DNA of 56,803 bases from Eubacteriales bacterium (GCA_045643125.1 JAZUKE010000140.1:1-56803); one strand, 5' to 3'. Positions 29,734 through 39,281 are shown, counted from the stretch's first letter. The notes: generated by a model not told the origin, from the letters alone. Program-made: numbers and translations.

Positions 29734-29931
29734 TTATGAATAAGGGAGCAGACGCTTGAGATCGTCCATTCTGGTATCGCTTACATAAGAAGCCTTGCGG
29801 AGAGATCTCTTTCTCTTGGAGTCTTTAAGACCGAGCTTATGACGGCGACCGCAGTGGTTGTATTTAACCTTGCCGGTTCCGGTAAGACCAAAACGTTTAG
29901 AGCTGGCCTTGTGTGTCTTCATTTTTCCCAT
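29734..29931 (-). CDS. rpmI: 50S ribosomal protein L35
   Basis: KMKTHKASSKRF..TGTGK, RHKL..K..KRKR.LR, LLPY. Confidence 0.97.
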   Translation of the reverse strand: MGKMKTHKASSKRFGLTGTGKVKYNHCGRRHKLGLKDSKRKRSLRKASYVSDTRMDDLKRLLPYS

Positions 29932-30469
29932 TTTTCGGTTTTCCTTTCGTATTTTGATTGGCTTTCGCCGGTGTTAAGATCATTATCATATTTCTGCCTT
30001 CGAGGACCGGGGCTTTATCAGCCTGACCGAATTCCGAGCAGGCTTCGAGGAAACGTGCGAGCAGGTCGGATCCGCGTTCGGTATGAGCCATTTCGCGGCC
30101 TTTGAACTTGACAAGCACCTTTACCTTGTTGCCCTGAGACAGGAAACGTGTAGCATGATTTACTTTGGTTTCGAAATCGTGATCACCGATACTGCAGGTG
30201 AGCTGAAGCTCCTTGAGTTCGACGATCTGCTGTTTTTTGCGGTTTTCTTTTTCTTTCTTTTCTTTTTCGAATCTGTATTTGCCGAAATCCATTATTTTGC
30301 ACACGGGCGGCTTTGCATCCGGTGCGATCTCGACAAGGTCAAGATCAGCTTCCGACGCTGCGCGGAGCGCATCGCCGATTTTGAGGATACCGAGCTGCTG
30401 TCCTTCGGAATCGACAACACGGACCTCTTCTGCCTTAATCTCTTCGTTGATTAACGCGCGTTTACTGAT
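29897..30469 (-). CDS. infC: Translation initiation factor IF-3 (probable ATC start)
   Basis: INEEI...EVRVV, DLVEIAP..KPPVCKIMDFGKY, FKGRE; GGAGGTG SD 6 nt before ATC at 30469; alternative ATG at 30484. Confidence 0.93.
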   Translation of the reverse strand: MSKRALINEEIKAEEVRVVDSEGQQLGILKIGDALRAASEADLDLVEIAPDAKPPVCKIMDFGKYRFEKEKKEKENRKKQQIVELKELQLTCSIGDHDFETKVNHATRFLSQGNKVKVLVKFKGREMAHTERGSDLLARFLEACSEFGQADKAPVLEGRNMIMILTPAKANQNTKGKPKNGKNEDTQGQL

Positions 30470-30547
30470 AACGGACACCTCCATAATGTCCCCCTCTTTG
30501 CGAGAGGCTGCGCCCACGCGGTCGTTCCGCGCTTGAAAGCGCCATAT

Positions 30548-30660
30548 AAAACAAAAAGTGCGGAAGCATACTCCCACACGTCAACATACTGCCGCGATAA
30601 GCGGTTATATTGACCGCGCCTGCACTTTGCGGCGGGTGAGAACATCGTTCTGCTTCTTTG
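30548..30660 (-). ncRNA. Ribosomal protein L20 leader
   Basis: AGAAGCA...TTCTCACC start, internal hairpins, terminator GTGTGGGAG-TATG-CTTCCGCAC-TTTTTGTTTT upstream of infC-rpmI-rplT. Confidence 0.8.
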
Positions 30661-30667
30661 TGGTGCT

Positions 30668-30696
30668 ATAATATCACAAACAAAACCGTTTGTCAA
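30668..30696 (-). promoter_or_regulatory. Sigma-A promoter of infC operon
   Basis: TTGACA-17 nt-TATTAT with TG extension. Confidence 0.8.
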
Positions 30697-30767
30697 TATC
30701 TTTTTTCAAAAAAAATCACGTTTCGGGCAAAAAAACATAAACTGAAAAAAGGAGAGTGATAAAAACT

Positions 30768-31496
30768 ATGGCATCGGTATATCTCAGCCCGTCAACGCAG
30801 GAATACAACGTGTATTACGACGGCGTGGGCAACGAAGAATACTATATGAATCTGATCGCAGACGACCTGCAAGCTGACCTTACCTCGTCCGGTGTCGAGG
30901 TCTTCCGAAATTCGCCGAAAATGACGGCGTCGCAGTCGGCGTCACAGTCAAATCAGAACGATCATTCACTGCATCTTGCGATCCATTCAAACGCCGCCGG
31001 CAGCGGAAACGCGGGAACGGTCAGAGGCGTGGACGTTTATTACTACGCGACGTCGGAAAAAGGCAAAAGGGCGGCAGAGATCATCGCAAAGAATTTCAAA
31101 AACATCTACCCCGATCCTTCGCGTGTACGCACGCTGTCCAACACCACGTTCGCGGAATTAAGACGCACGAGGGCGCCTGCCGTGCTTATCGAGGTCGGCT
31201 ACCACGACAACGCCGAGGATGCGGAATGGATAAGGTCGAATATCGGTCTTATCGCGGCGAACCTGTCAACGTCGGTCCTTGAATTTCTCGGCAAAAGCAC
31301 GTCGCAGACGGGCAGAGTCACGACAGCCGGAAGCAGGCTGAACATACGAAAAGGACCGTCCACCGACACGGAGATAATCGGCAAGATACCGAACGGCGGA
31401 GTTATGACGATAATCGAAAACAAAGGAGACTGGCTGCTCGTCAATTACGGCGGAGTCACCGGTTACGTTTACGCCTATTACGTCACGATCGACTGA
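30768..31496 (+). CDS. N-acetylmuramoyl-L-alanine amidase (Amidase_3) with SH3b domain
   Basis: YLSPSTQE, AIHSNA, PAVLIEVGYHDN; C-terminal LNIRKGPST..IIG...W..V.YGG.TGYV. Confidence 0.88.
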   Translation: MASVYLSPSTQEYNVYYDGVGNEEYYMNLIADDLQADLTSSGVEVFRNSPKMTASQSASQSNQNDHSLHLAIHSNAAGSGNAGTVRGVDVYYYATSEKGKRAAEIIAKNFKNIYPDPSRVRTLSNTTFAELRRTRAPAVLIEVGYHDNAEDAEWIRSNIGLIAANLSTSVLEFLGKSTSQTGRVTTAGSRLNIRKGPSTDTEIIGKIPNGGVMTIIENKGDWLLVNYGGVTGYVYAYYVTID

Positions 31497-31499
31497 AGA

Positions 31500-32309
31500 T
31501 CACTTTTCGTATACGGTAATGATGAATTCGATTTCCGTTTTCAGCGTCTCAAGCGACGCGAGACGCTTTCTTCCCGATTCGGGCGTGCGGAAATAATACG
31601 GCGTCATACGGAAAAGCGACGTTATATCTCCGTTATTTTCAAGCAGGATTTCCGTTTTCACGCGGAAGACGTCTTTTACCGTCAATTCCTTAACGTCTGG
31701 AGTTTTTTCGTCGTTCGGGTACGGTAATTCGTAAAGCACCTTTTTCAGCCCCATAAGGTGATCTTTTCCCGGTGTAACCGAAATGAGATGACCGCCTTTT
31801 TTCAGCACTCGGCAGAATTCCTTTTCATTGAACGGAGCGAACAGATGCGCCGCAAGGTCAAATGAGCCGTCGTTTACGGGGACAGAGGCAAGATTTGCCA
31901 CGAAAAAGCGGGCTTTTGACCGACGGAGCGACGCCAGACGCACCATCTCCTTTGAAATGTCAAAACCGTAAAACTCAATGTCTTTCAGACGTGACGCAAG
32001 GAACGCGGTGTAATAGCCTTCTCCGCAGCAGATATCGAGTACCCTGCCTTGTCCCTTGCAGTAAAGAGGTATTATTGAGGCGAGTTTTTCCGCAAGGACG
32101 GAATAATAGCCCTTGTCAAGGAAATCACGTCGGGAGCGTGACATTTCTTTGCTGTCGCCGCGGCTGTCGCCCGAACGGTGCGAGAAGGTGAGCAGATTAA
32201 CGTACCCTTCACGCGATATATCGAACGAATGTGAAAGCGGGCATTTCATCCCGTTTTCCGTCTTTTCGAGCGTATTCCCGCACACGGGACATTTATATAC
32301 GCCGCTCAT
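31500..32309 (-). CDS. RlmA-like rRNA methyltransferase with N-terminal zinc finger
   Basis: CPVC...C..SHSFD.SREGYVNL, RRDFLDKGYY, LDICCGEGYY, MTPYY. Confidence 0.85.
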   Translation of the reverse strand: MSGVYKCPVCGNTLEKTENGMKCPLSHSFDISREGYVNLLTFSHRSGDSRGDSKEMSRSRRDFLDKGYYSVLAEKLASIIPLYCKGQGRVLDICCGEGYYTAFLASRLKDIEFYGFDISKEMVRLASLRRSKARFFVANLASVPVNDGSFDLAAHLFAPFNEKEFCRVLKKGGHLISVTPGKDHLMGLKKVLYELPYPNDEKTPDVKELTVKDVFRVKTEILLENNGDITSLFRMTPYYFRTPESGRKRLASLETLKTEIEFIITVYEK

Positions 32310-32950
32310 TTCAGCAAAGACGCATAAAGCGACGCGCAATGCCTGCCGACTTTTTCGTTTGCTTCATCGGTAAGGTGACAGTAGTCGGCAAAATCGGACG
32401 GAGTGAAGTCCTTTGCGAATGAAAACAGGTCGTTTATCACAACGTCACTTCCCGCAAGGGCATTCAGCGCCGCTTCGTTATATTTGATTATTTCCGACGT
32501 ATAGCGGTAGTTCACGCTGTTTTCGCCGTTCGGATTCATCGGCATAGTGGTCGCATATACAATGGCGGCGTTTTTATACATCCTGCGGAGGGAAGCCGCT
32601 ATGCGGCATACGTTTTTTGCGTATTCATCAACAGACGTAAGACTTATTTCTTCGTCATTCCAATGTGCAATATCCCAATGCCCCGTGTTGAACTGCACGA
32701 CTCCCACGCTGTCGGCGTCGCAGAGTCCGCTCCAGGTGCGGAGCATCGTTATAACGTACTGGCTGCTTCTTCCGTTTTCCTCGGGATATATCACGTTGGC
32801 GATACCGGCAAGTTCTTTTTTTACCGTCCGGCGGTAGCCGACAGTGGAAGAATCTCCTATGAGATAAACTGTCTTTTTGCCTTTTTCGATCCCGTCTGCC
32901 TTTTCAAGCAGAGCTTCTTCGGCGTGTTTTATATACTCTTTTTCCTGCAT
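32306..32950 (-). CDS. SGNH/GDSL hydrolase
   Basis: LIGDSS, FNTGHWD, DYCH. Confidence 0.8.
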   Translation of the reverse strand: MQEKEYIKHAEEALLEKADGIEKGKKTVYLIGDSSTVGYRRTVKKELAGIANVIYPEENGRSSQYVITMLRTWSGLCDADSVGVVQFNTGHWDIAHWNDEEISLTSVDEYAKNVCRIAASLRRMYKNAAIVYATTMPMNPNGENSVNYRYTSEIIKYNEAALNALAGSDVVINDLFSFAKDFTPSDFADYCHLTDEANEKVGRHCASLYASLLK

Positions 32951-32952
32951 TT

Positions 32953-33420
32953 TCAGTAATCTATCCTCACTTTTGTTCCGAGAAAATCCAATATCTCTTT
33001 TTCGTTTTCTTCGCCGTATTCGTAAAAATACGTCTTGACCTCCGAGCCGTCCCTGAGTACGAAAGTATAGACGTTCTCGTCAAGCGGCTTTTTGCCCTGA
33101 ACGCGGTAGTATCTGACGCTTATCCGCTCGATATCGGAGTATTTCAGCGACACCGACGTTTTACGGTATTTTCTTTCGTCGGAAAAGACGTTGTGACCTA
33201 TGTAAATGAGCTTATCGGTAAGCAGTACGCGGCAGTTTTTTTCGTAAAACGCGAAAAAGACGCAGACGAAAAGCACCGGGAGCGCCGTCAGCGCCAAAAG
33301 AGCGCGGTCGGTATTCCCTCCGAAAAACATCGCAAGCGCGGTCAACAAGCCGGTGGCAAAGACCGCTGCCGCCGAAAACAGATATATGTTGAAGGACGTG
33401 CGCTTTTTATATACTTTCAT
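32953..33420 (-). CDS. Hypothetical membrane protein (2 TM plus soluble domain)
   Basis: Two hydrophobic helices; own promoter; in line with downstream genes. Confidence 0.65.
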   Translation of the reverse strand: MKVYKKRTSFNIYLFSAAAVFATGLLTALAMFFGGNTDRALLALTALPVLFVCVFFAFYEKNCRVLLTDKLIYIGHNVFSDERKYRKTSVSLKYSDIERISVRYYRVQGKKPLDENVYTFVLRDGSEVKTYFYEYGEENEKEILDFLGTKVRIDY

Positions 33421-33438
33421 TTCATCACTTCCGCGTAT

Positions 33439-33467
33439 ATTATATTTACCGTGGCTTTGAATGTCAA
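33439..33467 (-). promoter_or_regulatory. Sigma-A promoter
   Basis: TTGACA-17 nt-TATAAT. Confidence 0.75.
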
Positions 33468-33528
33468 TAATATCTTATAACGGTAATTATTTTTTAATAT
33501 TTTCTTAAAACTTTTGTTGATTTCCCTA

Positions 33529-33557
33529 TTTACAAATCGTCTGCGATATGATATTAT
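33529..33557 (+). promoter_or_regulatory. Divergent sigma-A promoter
   Basis: TTTACA-17 nt-TATTAT with TG. Confidence 0.6.
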
Positions 33558-33592
33558 TTTGTCGGATACTGTAAATAAGGAAGTAAAACTTT

Positions 33593-34870
33593 ATGCCAAG
33601 TTTCGAACGATTCGATTTCAAAGAAGATCCACGACGTTTCAAATGGTATCTCCGACCGATCGCATCCATCGTGTGCAGACCCTACATAAAGCGATACAAA
33701 CCGCGAATTAGTTATTTCAACGGTGCCGAAAATCTCAAAGGCCCGTTTATACTTCTTTGCAACCACAATGCTTTTATGGATTTCAGCGTCGCGTACACTC
33801 TGCTCAAAGGCAGATATGCGAACTTTATCGTCGCAATAGACGGTTTTATCGGCAGAGAGCAGCTGCTCCGCAACATCGGCTGTATATGCAAGCGCAAGTT
33901 CACGAACGATATAACCCTCGTCCGCAAGCTGAAAAAGGTACTTGACCGCGGCGACGTCCCCGTGATCTACCCGGAAGCGAGGTATTCGCTCTGCGGTACG
34001 ACGGCGCTGCTTCCCGAATCTCTCGGGCAGATGATAAAAATGTTCAAATACCCGGTGGCGACGCTCATCTGTCACGGGCATCACATCAATTCTCCGTTCT
34101 GGGATACGTCGCACGCAAGAGGCATCGCGTATAACGAAGCGGAATTCACCAGACTTTTCACAAAGGAAGACACTGAAAGGCTTTCTGCCGAAGAAATGAA
34201 CGCCAAGCTCGTCGATGCGTTCCAATACGACGAATTCAAATGGCAGAAGGACAACAAAATCAAGATCGACGACAAAAAGCGTGCCGACGGGCTTGACAAG
34301 GTACTCTATCAGTGCCCGCACTGCGGCAAAGAATACCGTATGAAGTCAGAGGGAGCGGAAATTTTCTGCACCGAATGCGGCAAGAGATGGCGTATGACGG
34401 AATACGGAGAGCTTGAAGCGACAGACGGAAAAACCGAGTTTTCGCACATTCCCGATTGGTACGAATGGGAAAGAGCAAACGTCCGAGCGGAAGTGGAAAG
34501 CGGAACGTATTCAACCGGTAAAATGCCGGTAAATATCAAGTCTCTGCCGAACGCAAAGAAATTCATAGATATCGGAAGCGGCGAAATGACGCACGATATG
34601 GACGGTTTCCGCGTAAGGATATTCGACGAAAGCAAGAGCGACACGACAGAGATCGTCCTTAAACCGAGCGAAACGTATTCGGTACACATCGAATACCGCT
34701 ATCTTTTCAAAAACGGCGACTGCGTTGACCTGAATACCAAGCAGGACACCTGGTATATCTATCCTCACGACTGCGATTTTGCCGTGACGAAGATCGCGCT
34801 TGCCACGGAGGAGCTTTATCTTTACGACAAACGTCAGAAAGGCCGTCCCGTATATAACGGGCTCGCATAA
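33593..34870 (+). CDS. PlsC-like lysophospholipid acyltransferase with C-terminal Cys4 motif
   Basis: NHNAFMD (HX4D), IYPEAR; CPHC...CTEC. Confidence 0.8.
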   Translation: MPSFERFDFKEDPRRFKWYLRPIASIVCRPYIKRYKPRISYFNGAENLKGPFILLCNHNAFMDFSVAYTLLKGRYANFIVAIDGFIGREQLLRNIGCICKRKFTNDITLVRKLKKVLDRGDVPVIYPEARYSLCGTTALLPESLGQMIKMFKYPVATLICHGHHINSPFWDTSHARGIAYNEAEFTRLFTKEDTERLSAEEMNAKLVDAFQYDEFKWQKDNKIKIDDKKRADGLDKVLYQCPHCGKEYRMKSEGAEIFCTECGKRWRMTEYGELEATDGKTEFSHIPDWYEWERANVRAEVESGTYSTGKMPVNIKSLPNAKKFIDIGSGEMTHDMDGFRVRIFDESKSDTTEIVLKPSETYSVHIEYRYLFKNGDCVDLNTKQDTWYIYPHDCDFAVTKIALATEELYLYDKRQKGRPVYNGLA

Positions 34871-34885
34871 TCACGGAGGAATAAA

Positions 34886-35206
34886 ATGTTCACCATACCG
34901 AGATTCGTCTGGTTCTGCCAGGTTGATAACGGAAAATACATAGTCAATACCTACACCGCTTCAGCCGGTACGTCGGGTGAAACGGGATGTATCACGTCCA
35001 CGCTGTTCAACTACAAGATATACGTTGATCTTAAAGGCGAAAAGCCGCTTTTCAAGGCGTCATGGTATATCAGATACCCCTGGGGACACACGCCCGAACG
35101 CACGGAAGAAGTCGTGAACGAATTTGAATGTTCCGAGGACGGGCTGAACGCCGCAAACGAATGGCTCGACGCGGAGTACAACAAATTCGAGAGCAATTCA
35201 AAATAA
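34886..35206 (+). CDS. Hypothetical protein
   Basis: GGAGGA RBS, host-like codon usage, followed by terminator. Confidence 0.7.
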   Translation: MFTIPRFVWFCQVDNGKYIVNTYTASAGTSGETGCITSTLFNYKIYVDLKGEKPLFKASWYIRYPWGHTPERTEEVVNEFECSEDGLNAANEWLDAEYNKFESNSK

Positions 35207-35212
35207 AAAGGT

Positions 35213-35256
35213 AAGAGGCTGCAGCTTTTCGATTTGCCGCAGCCTCTTGTTTTTTT
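35213..35256. terminator. Terminator between convergent genes
   Basis: AAGAGGCTGC/GCAGCCTCTT stem followed by T-run. Confidence 0.75.
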
Positions 35257-37816
35257 ATTTGTTTTCGACTGCCGCGGCTTCGTTTTGGACCGCGCCCGAC
35301 AATTTTTCGTTCTCTTTTGCCTTTTGATGGTTCTGCTGGACTTCGATGGCTTTCTGATAATCGAATTTCGGGACGGATACCACGTTGCCTTTGACGAAAT
35401 CCGTCTTTTCCTTTGCGGACCTCATATCGTTGATTATATTCGCGTATGCCGCAACGGGTTTTATGTGGTTTTCAAAAACGGATTCCTTGCTGTTTGAGAT
35501 CGCCCAGAACGTGCTGTCTTCCGCGTCGCAGAATTTTTCCCTTTTTTTGTCAAGGTTTTCTTCCGCTTTTTCGACACCCTTGTACTGTTTGATCATATCG
35601 TCGGTATATTTGACGATGCTTTCGGCGTAACCGAGGCGGAATTTGCGTCTTGCCGTACCGAGGACGAAAAACTGCTTCTTTTTGGCTGCAATATATTTCT
35701 CGGCGTCCTCTTTCAGCTTGGTGAGTTTTCCGCAGATCTCGTCAGACGACGCGTTCACGCTGCCCTTTTCGTCCCCGAGAGTTCTGATACCGTCGAGAGA
35801 AGATATCATATCGTTGAATTCTTTGCTGTTGCTTTTTTTTGCTTTGACCGTCCTGCGGTCGTAAAGCTCGGACGCGGAATCGACTATGCTCTTTTTGACG
35901 CCGTTTTCGACTTTTGCCTTATAGTCGGCGTAACTCTTTTTGTCGTTGATATAGAGCGAATCGCTCAGCATATCTCCGTATGCGCCCTTTACCATAACGA
36001 ACGAGGTGTGCGCTCTTTCCAAAGCCGTTCTTCTGCTTTCGAGAGCGGACTTCTCTTCTGTCGCGGCGCTGCGTTTCTTTATGTTCTCGTTTCTGTTTTT
36101 GTTGAGATCGTCGAGAGCTTTCTTTTTTTCGCCGATATAATCGTTGTTGCTTTTTATTCTGGCGTCGATATCGGCGAGCCGCGCTTCCTCGGAAGCGATC
36201 TTTTCGTCAAGATCGTCTTTGGCGTAATAATCCTCGCGGTTCAGATCCTTTACCGCGTTTTCGCTCAGGTACGCTTCCTTGCGGGCGATATTCTCTTTTT
36301 TGAGAAGTGCGAATTCTTTTTCCGTTATCCCTTCGGATACGTCAAAGCCGATATCCTTTTTGGCTTTTTCGTATCTTTCGGCGATGCCTTTGCTTGTGTC
36401 GAAGCGCTTTGCGATTTCAACGATATGGTCGCCGTTCGTGAATTTTTCGCCGCCGATAACGGAATTGTCGGTTTTTTTGCTTTCGAGAATATCGGATATC
36501 CTCATCGACGCATCCGCGGAAAACACGTTCACGGCGGTAAAAAGTCCCGACATCGTTTCAATGCCGTTTTCGTCGTATCTGCCGTAAACGGCGGAAGCAA
36601 ACGCTTTTTTCGCCTCCGAGTAGTCAGAAAGCAGTTTTCTTTCGTCGTCGGTTATGGAATCGTTCTTTTTGCCTGTTTCGATTTCTTTTTCAAAGGACGC
36701 TTTCTTTTCCTTTATCACTCTTTCCGACTCACCGGAAACGTAAACGGGATTGGAATTGAGTTTTTCGATAAGAGTATTTCTTAAAGAATCAAGTTTTTTC
36801 TTCGCAACGAGATTTTCGAGAAGTTCTCTGCAGTCCTCGTAGTGCTTATCCTTGAAAGAAACGTCGCTGAACGTGTCGGTCCTGCTGTCGTAGCCCGTGT
36901 TTGCGGCAAGGTCGCCGAAAAATTCTTCGTCCGCTTTCAGTTCGTTATAAGACTTTGAAAACGCGTCAAGCTGCTGTTTTTCGGTTTCGAGGTCTTTTTT
37001 TATGCTTTCGCGGTTTGCTTTGAGCTTGTCGATATACTGCTTTGACTTTGAAAGGGCTTCTTCCCTTTCTTTTCTTTCGTTTTCGTGCTGTTCTTTTCGG
37101 GAAATGAGTTCGGCTTTTTCCTTTTCGAGTTCGTCGTTCGAGAAAGTTTGGCAGGCATTTTCGAGCGATCTCGCGGCTTTTTCTATCTCGTCAACGCTGT
37201 ATTTTTTATATTCCGCGTTCAGCGAATCAATAAGCTCGTTATTGGCTTCGATCTTTTTTTCAAGATTTTCCGCGCTGCCGTCTTCAAGATAATTCACGTC
37301 GGCGCTGAAAGTCAGAGTTTCGATATACTTCTCTTTCTGCTCGCCGTATTTGCTCATCTTGCCCGCCATCTTGTCGAATTCGACCGCGAGCTTTTCTTTT
37401 TCACCCATATTGCCGAGCGAAAACTCGATATTCTTCGTCAGCTGATAGAGACGGTATTCGCGTCTGCGGCTCGAAGTGGAAAGATCGGGATCGTCTTTTC
37501 TGCCGCCGTCGATACCTTCGATGCGCTGTTTTACCCTTTGGATGCCGCTCGTGAGTTCTCTCCAGGCAAGTGCTTTTTCCTTGTCGTCCGACTCTCCGAG
37601 CAAGACCTCGAAATTGCTTTTTAAGGAATTTTTCATTCCGTTCGTCCACACATACGGCTCATTTGAAGCGATCCACGGATCCTTTGCGTTTTCGTACTTT
37701 TCCGGAGAAACACCTTTCAGCGGGTCGGAATCGGGAGACGCGAAGATGCTGTTGTAAAGCTCCGTCATATCCTGTCTGAAACCGGTGTAACGCGGGCATT
37801 TATCGGGAAGCGGCAT
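35255..37816 (-). CDS. Large K/E-rich coiled-coil hypothetical protein (~853 aa)
   Basis: Long ORF with heptad-like segments; ATG 37816 with GAGGT RBS; no signal peptide or Walker motif seen. Confidence 0.75.
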   Translation of the reverse strand: MPLPDKCPRYTGFRQDMTELYNSIFASPDSDPLKGVSPEKYENAKDPWIASNEPYVWTNGMKNSLKSNFEVLLGESDDKEKALAWRELTSGIQRVKQRIEGIDGGRKDDPDLSTSSRRREYRLYQLTKNIEFSLGNMGEKEKLAVEFDKMAGKMSKYGEQKEKYIETLTFSADVNYLEDGSAENLEKKIEANNELIDSLNAEYKKYSVDEIEKAARSLENACQTFSNDELEKEKAELISRKEQHENERKEREEALSKSKQYIDKLKANRESIKKDLETEKQQLDAFSKSYNELKADEEFFGDLAANTGYDSRTDTFSDVSFKDKHYEDCRELLENLVAKKKLDSLRNTLIEKLNSNPVYVSGESERVIKEKKASFEKEIETGKKNDSITDDERKLLSDYSEAKKAFASAVYGRYDENGIETMSGLFTAVNVFSADASMRISDILESKKTDNSVIGGEKFTNGDHIVEIAKRFDTSKGIAERYEKAKKDIGFDVSEGITEKEFALLKKENIARKEAYLSENAVKDLNREDYYAKDDLDEKIASEEARLADIDARIKSNNDYIGEKKKALDDLNKNRNENIKKRSAATEEKSALESRRTALERAHTSFVMVKGAYGDMLSDSLYINDKKSYADYKAKVENGVKKSIVDSASELYDRRTVKAKKSNSKEFNDMISSLDGIRTLGDEKGSVNASSDEICGKLTKLKEDAEKYIAAKKKQFFVLGTARRKFRLGYAESIVKYTDDMIKQYKGVEKAEENLDKKREKFCDAEDSTFWAISNSKESVFENHIKPVAAYANIINDMRSAKEKTDFVKGNVVSVPKFDYQKAIEVQQNHQKAKENEKLSGAVQNEAAAVENK

Positions 37817-37886
37817 AATTCTTACCTCATTTCTTTTGGCTTTCATACTCAATACCGCAGTCAGGGCGAAAATATTACAAAAAAAT

Positions 37887-38588
37887 CTAAAATTCAAAAA
37901 GATTGTTGTATCTGAGCGGAAGCTCGTCCTTGTAAAGATGCGACGTGTCGGAAAGGGTGAGCATCAGCGGAGTGGTGTCCTTGCCCTCTGCGGAGCCGAA
38001 GCGGAAGACGGTAACGCCCGACTGCGCTATATCCATATTTGCCCAGAAGACCGTCGGCGCTATGTTGAGCAGATGCGAGATCCAGTTGCTGCCGAAGCCG
38101 TGGTGGCAGAACACCGCGATCTTGGTGTTGTTTTCCCAAAGTGTATGGTAAATCCCGCCGTCGCGCACATAGCCCTGACGGGCGAGAAATTCGTCGGAAG
38201 CGTTGCATATACGCTCAAAGCCCTCTTTTGCTCTCGTCCCGGCAAAGCACGGCGCTTCGTACCATTTTTCGCCCATATATTCGGGATGCGAACGCAGAAA
38301 CGCGCTTTCACCGGCAAAAGCCCACATTCTCACACCGTTTTTGGTGGTGAAATATTCGGCAGCCGCTATATTTTCCGACGTCCATTCCTCTATTTCCATT
38401 TCTTTGCCGAGCAGTTCGCAAAGCGGTTTTGCGGTCTGCTGTGCGCGTACCATCGGCGACGAATATATCTTGTCCATTCCGTGGACGGCAAGACGTTTGC
38501 CCACGGCTTCCGCCTGTCTTTTGCCGAGCGGAGTCAGTTCGTCGGGCGTGTAGTTTGGGTTTCCGTGACGGATTATATACAAAAGCAT
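37887..38588 (-). CDS. Histidine phosphatase family protein
   Basis: IIRHG, LTPLGKRQA, SSPMVRAQQTA, VFCHHG. Confidence 0.9.
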   Translation of the reverse strand: MLLYIIRHGNPNYTPDELTPLGKRQAEAVGKRLAVHGMDKIYSSPMVRAQQTAKPLCELLGKEMEIEEWTSENIAAAEYFTTKNGVRMWAFAGESAFLRSHPEYMGEKWYEAPCFAGTRAKEGFERICNASDEFLARQGYVRDGGIYHTLWENNTKIAVFCHHGFGSNWISHLLNIAPTVFWANMDIAQSGVTVFRFGSAEGKDTTPLMLTLSDTSHLYKDELPLRYNNLFEF

Positions 38589-38599
38589 TTTTATTTACC

Positions 38600-39247
38600 T
38601 CATTTCTTCTTTTTTATCAAAACAAACGCTGCCGCTCCGACGACCACAACGCCGATGACAACGATCGCCCACACGGGGAACGATGAACCCTCGTCGTCCG
38701 ACGGTGCGGATTCTTCCGCCTTGGTCTCGGCTTTAAGCACCGCTTCGCAGCCTTCGCCTTTTACTTCGACGGGCTTTCCGTCAACAAGCGTCACGCCGCA
38801 GAAGACCTCGGCATCGGGATCGACTTTAACTGTCGTTTCGCCGTCTTTGAGACACTTGAAAACGACGGTGACGGAGTATCCGTCTTTTTTCAGCATTTCG
38901 CCGTTGTATGCCGAAACACCGAGGATCACGGTGCCGGCAGCGCCGTTTTCGTCTGCAGCGATGTTCTCGAATTTTTCGCCGTTTTTCCATTCGTCGGGGA
39001 GAACGGAGTTTATTGAGACCGCTTCAAGGAACGACGGATCGTAAGTCACGGCAAAGCCGATGCCGGCAAGTCCGTTCTGTTCGGTGATATCGGTGAGCGA
39101 GAACGTCATTTCAAACGTGTCGCCGGCTTTTATCGTGTCGGGCGACGTACAGTTTATTTTGTAAGGGCTTTCCGCCGATACGGCAAAAGCAAGCGCCGAA
39201 AAAACGGTCAGAGTTATCAAAGCAATAAAAGCAGCAGCTCTTTTCAT
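38600..39247 (-). CDS. Secreted cohesin-like domain protein with C-terminal TM anchor
   Basis: Signal peptide; KAGDTFEMTF..GLAGIGFAVTYDPSFLEAV; VVFKCLKDGET; C-terminal TM plus KKKK. Confidence 0.65.
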   Translation of the reverse strand: MKRAAAFIALITLTVFSALAFAVSAESPYKINCTSPDTIKAGDTFEMTFSLTDITEQNGLAGIGFAVTYDPSFLEAVSINSVLPDEWKNGEKFENIAADENGAAGTVILGVSAYNGEMLKKDGYSVTVVFKCLKDGETTVKVDPDAEVFCGVTLVDGKPVEVKGEGCEAVLKAETKAEESAPSDDEGSSFPVWAIVVIGVVVVGAAAFVLIKKKK

Positions 39248-39281
39248 TACACACATCCACACTTTCATATTATTTGTACTG

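Noticed and set aside
30485-30577. Long N-terminal extension of infC in the ORF track
   Set aside because: Starts inside the L20 leader terminator; not IF-3-like
35255-37816. SMC/SbcC call for the coiled-coil protein
   Set aside because: No Walker A/B, signature or hinge motifs
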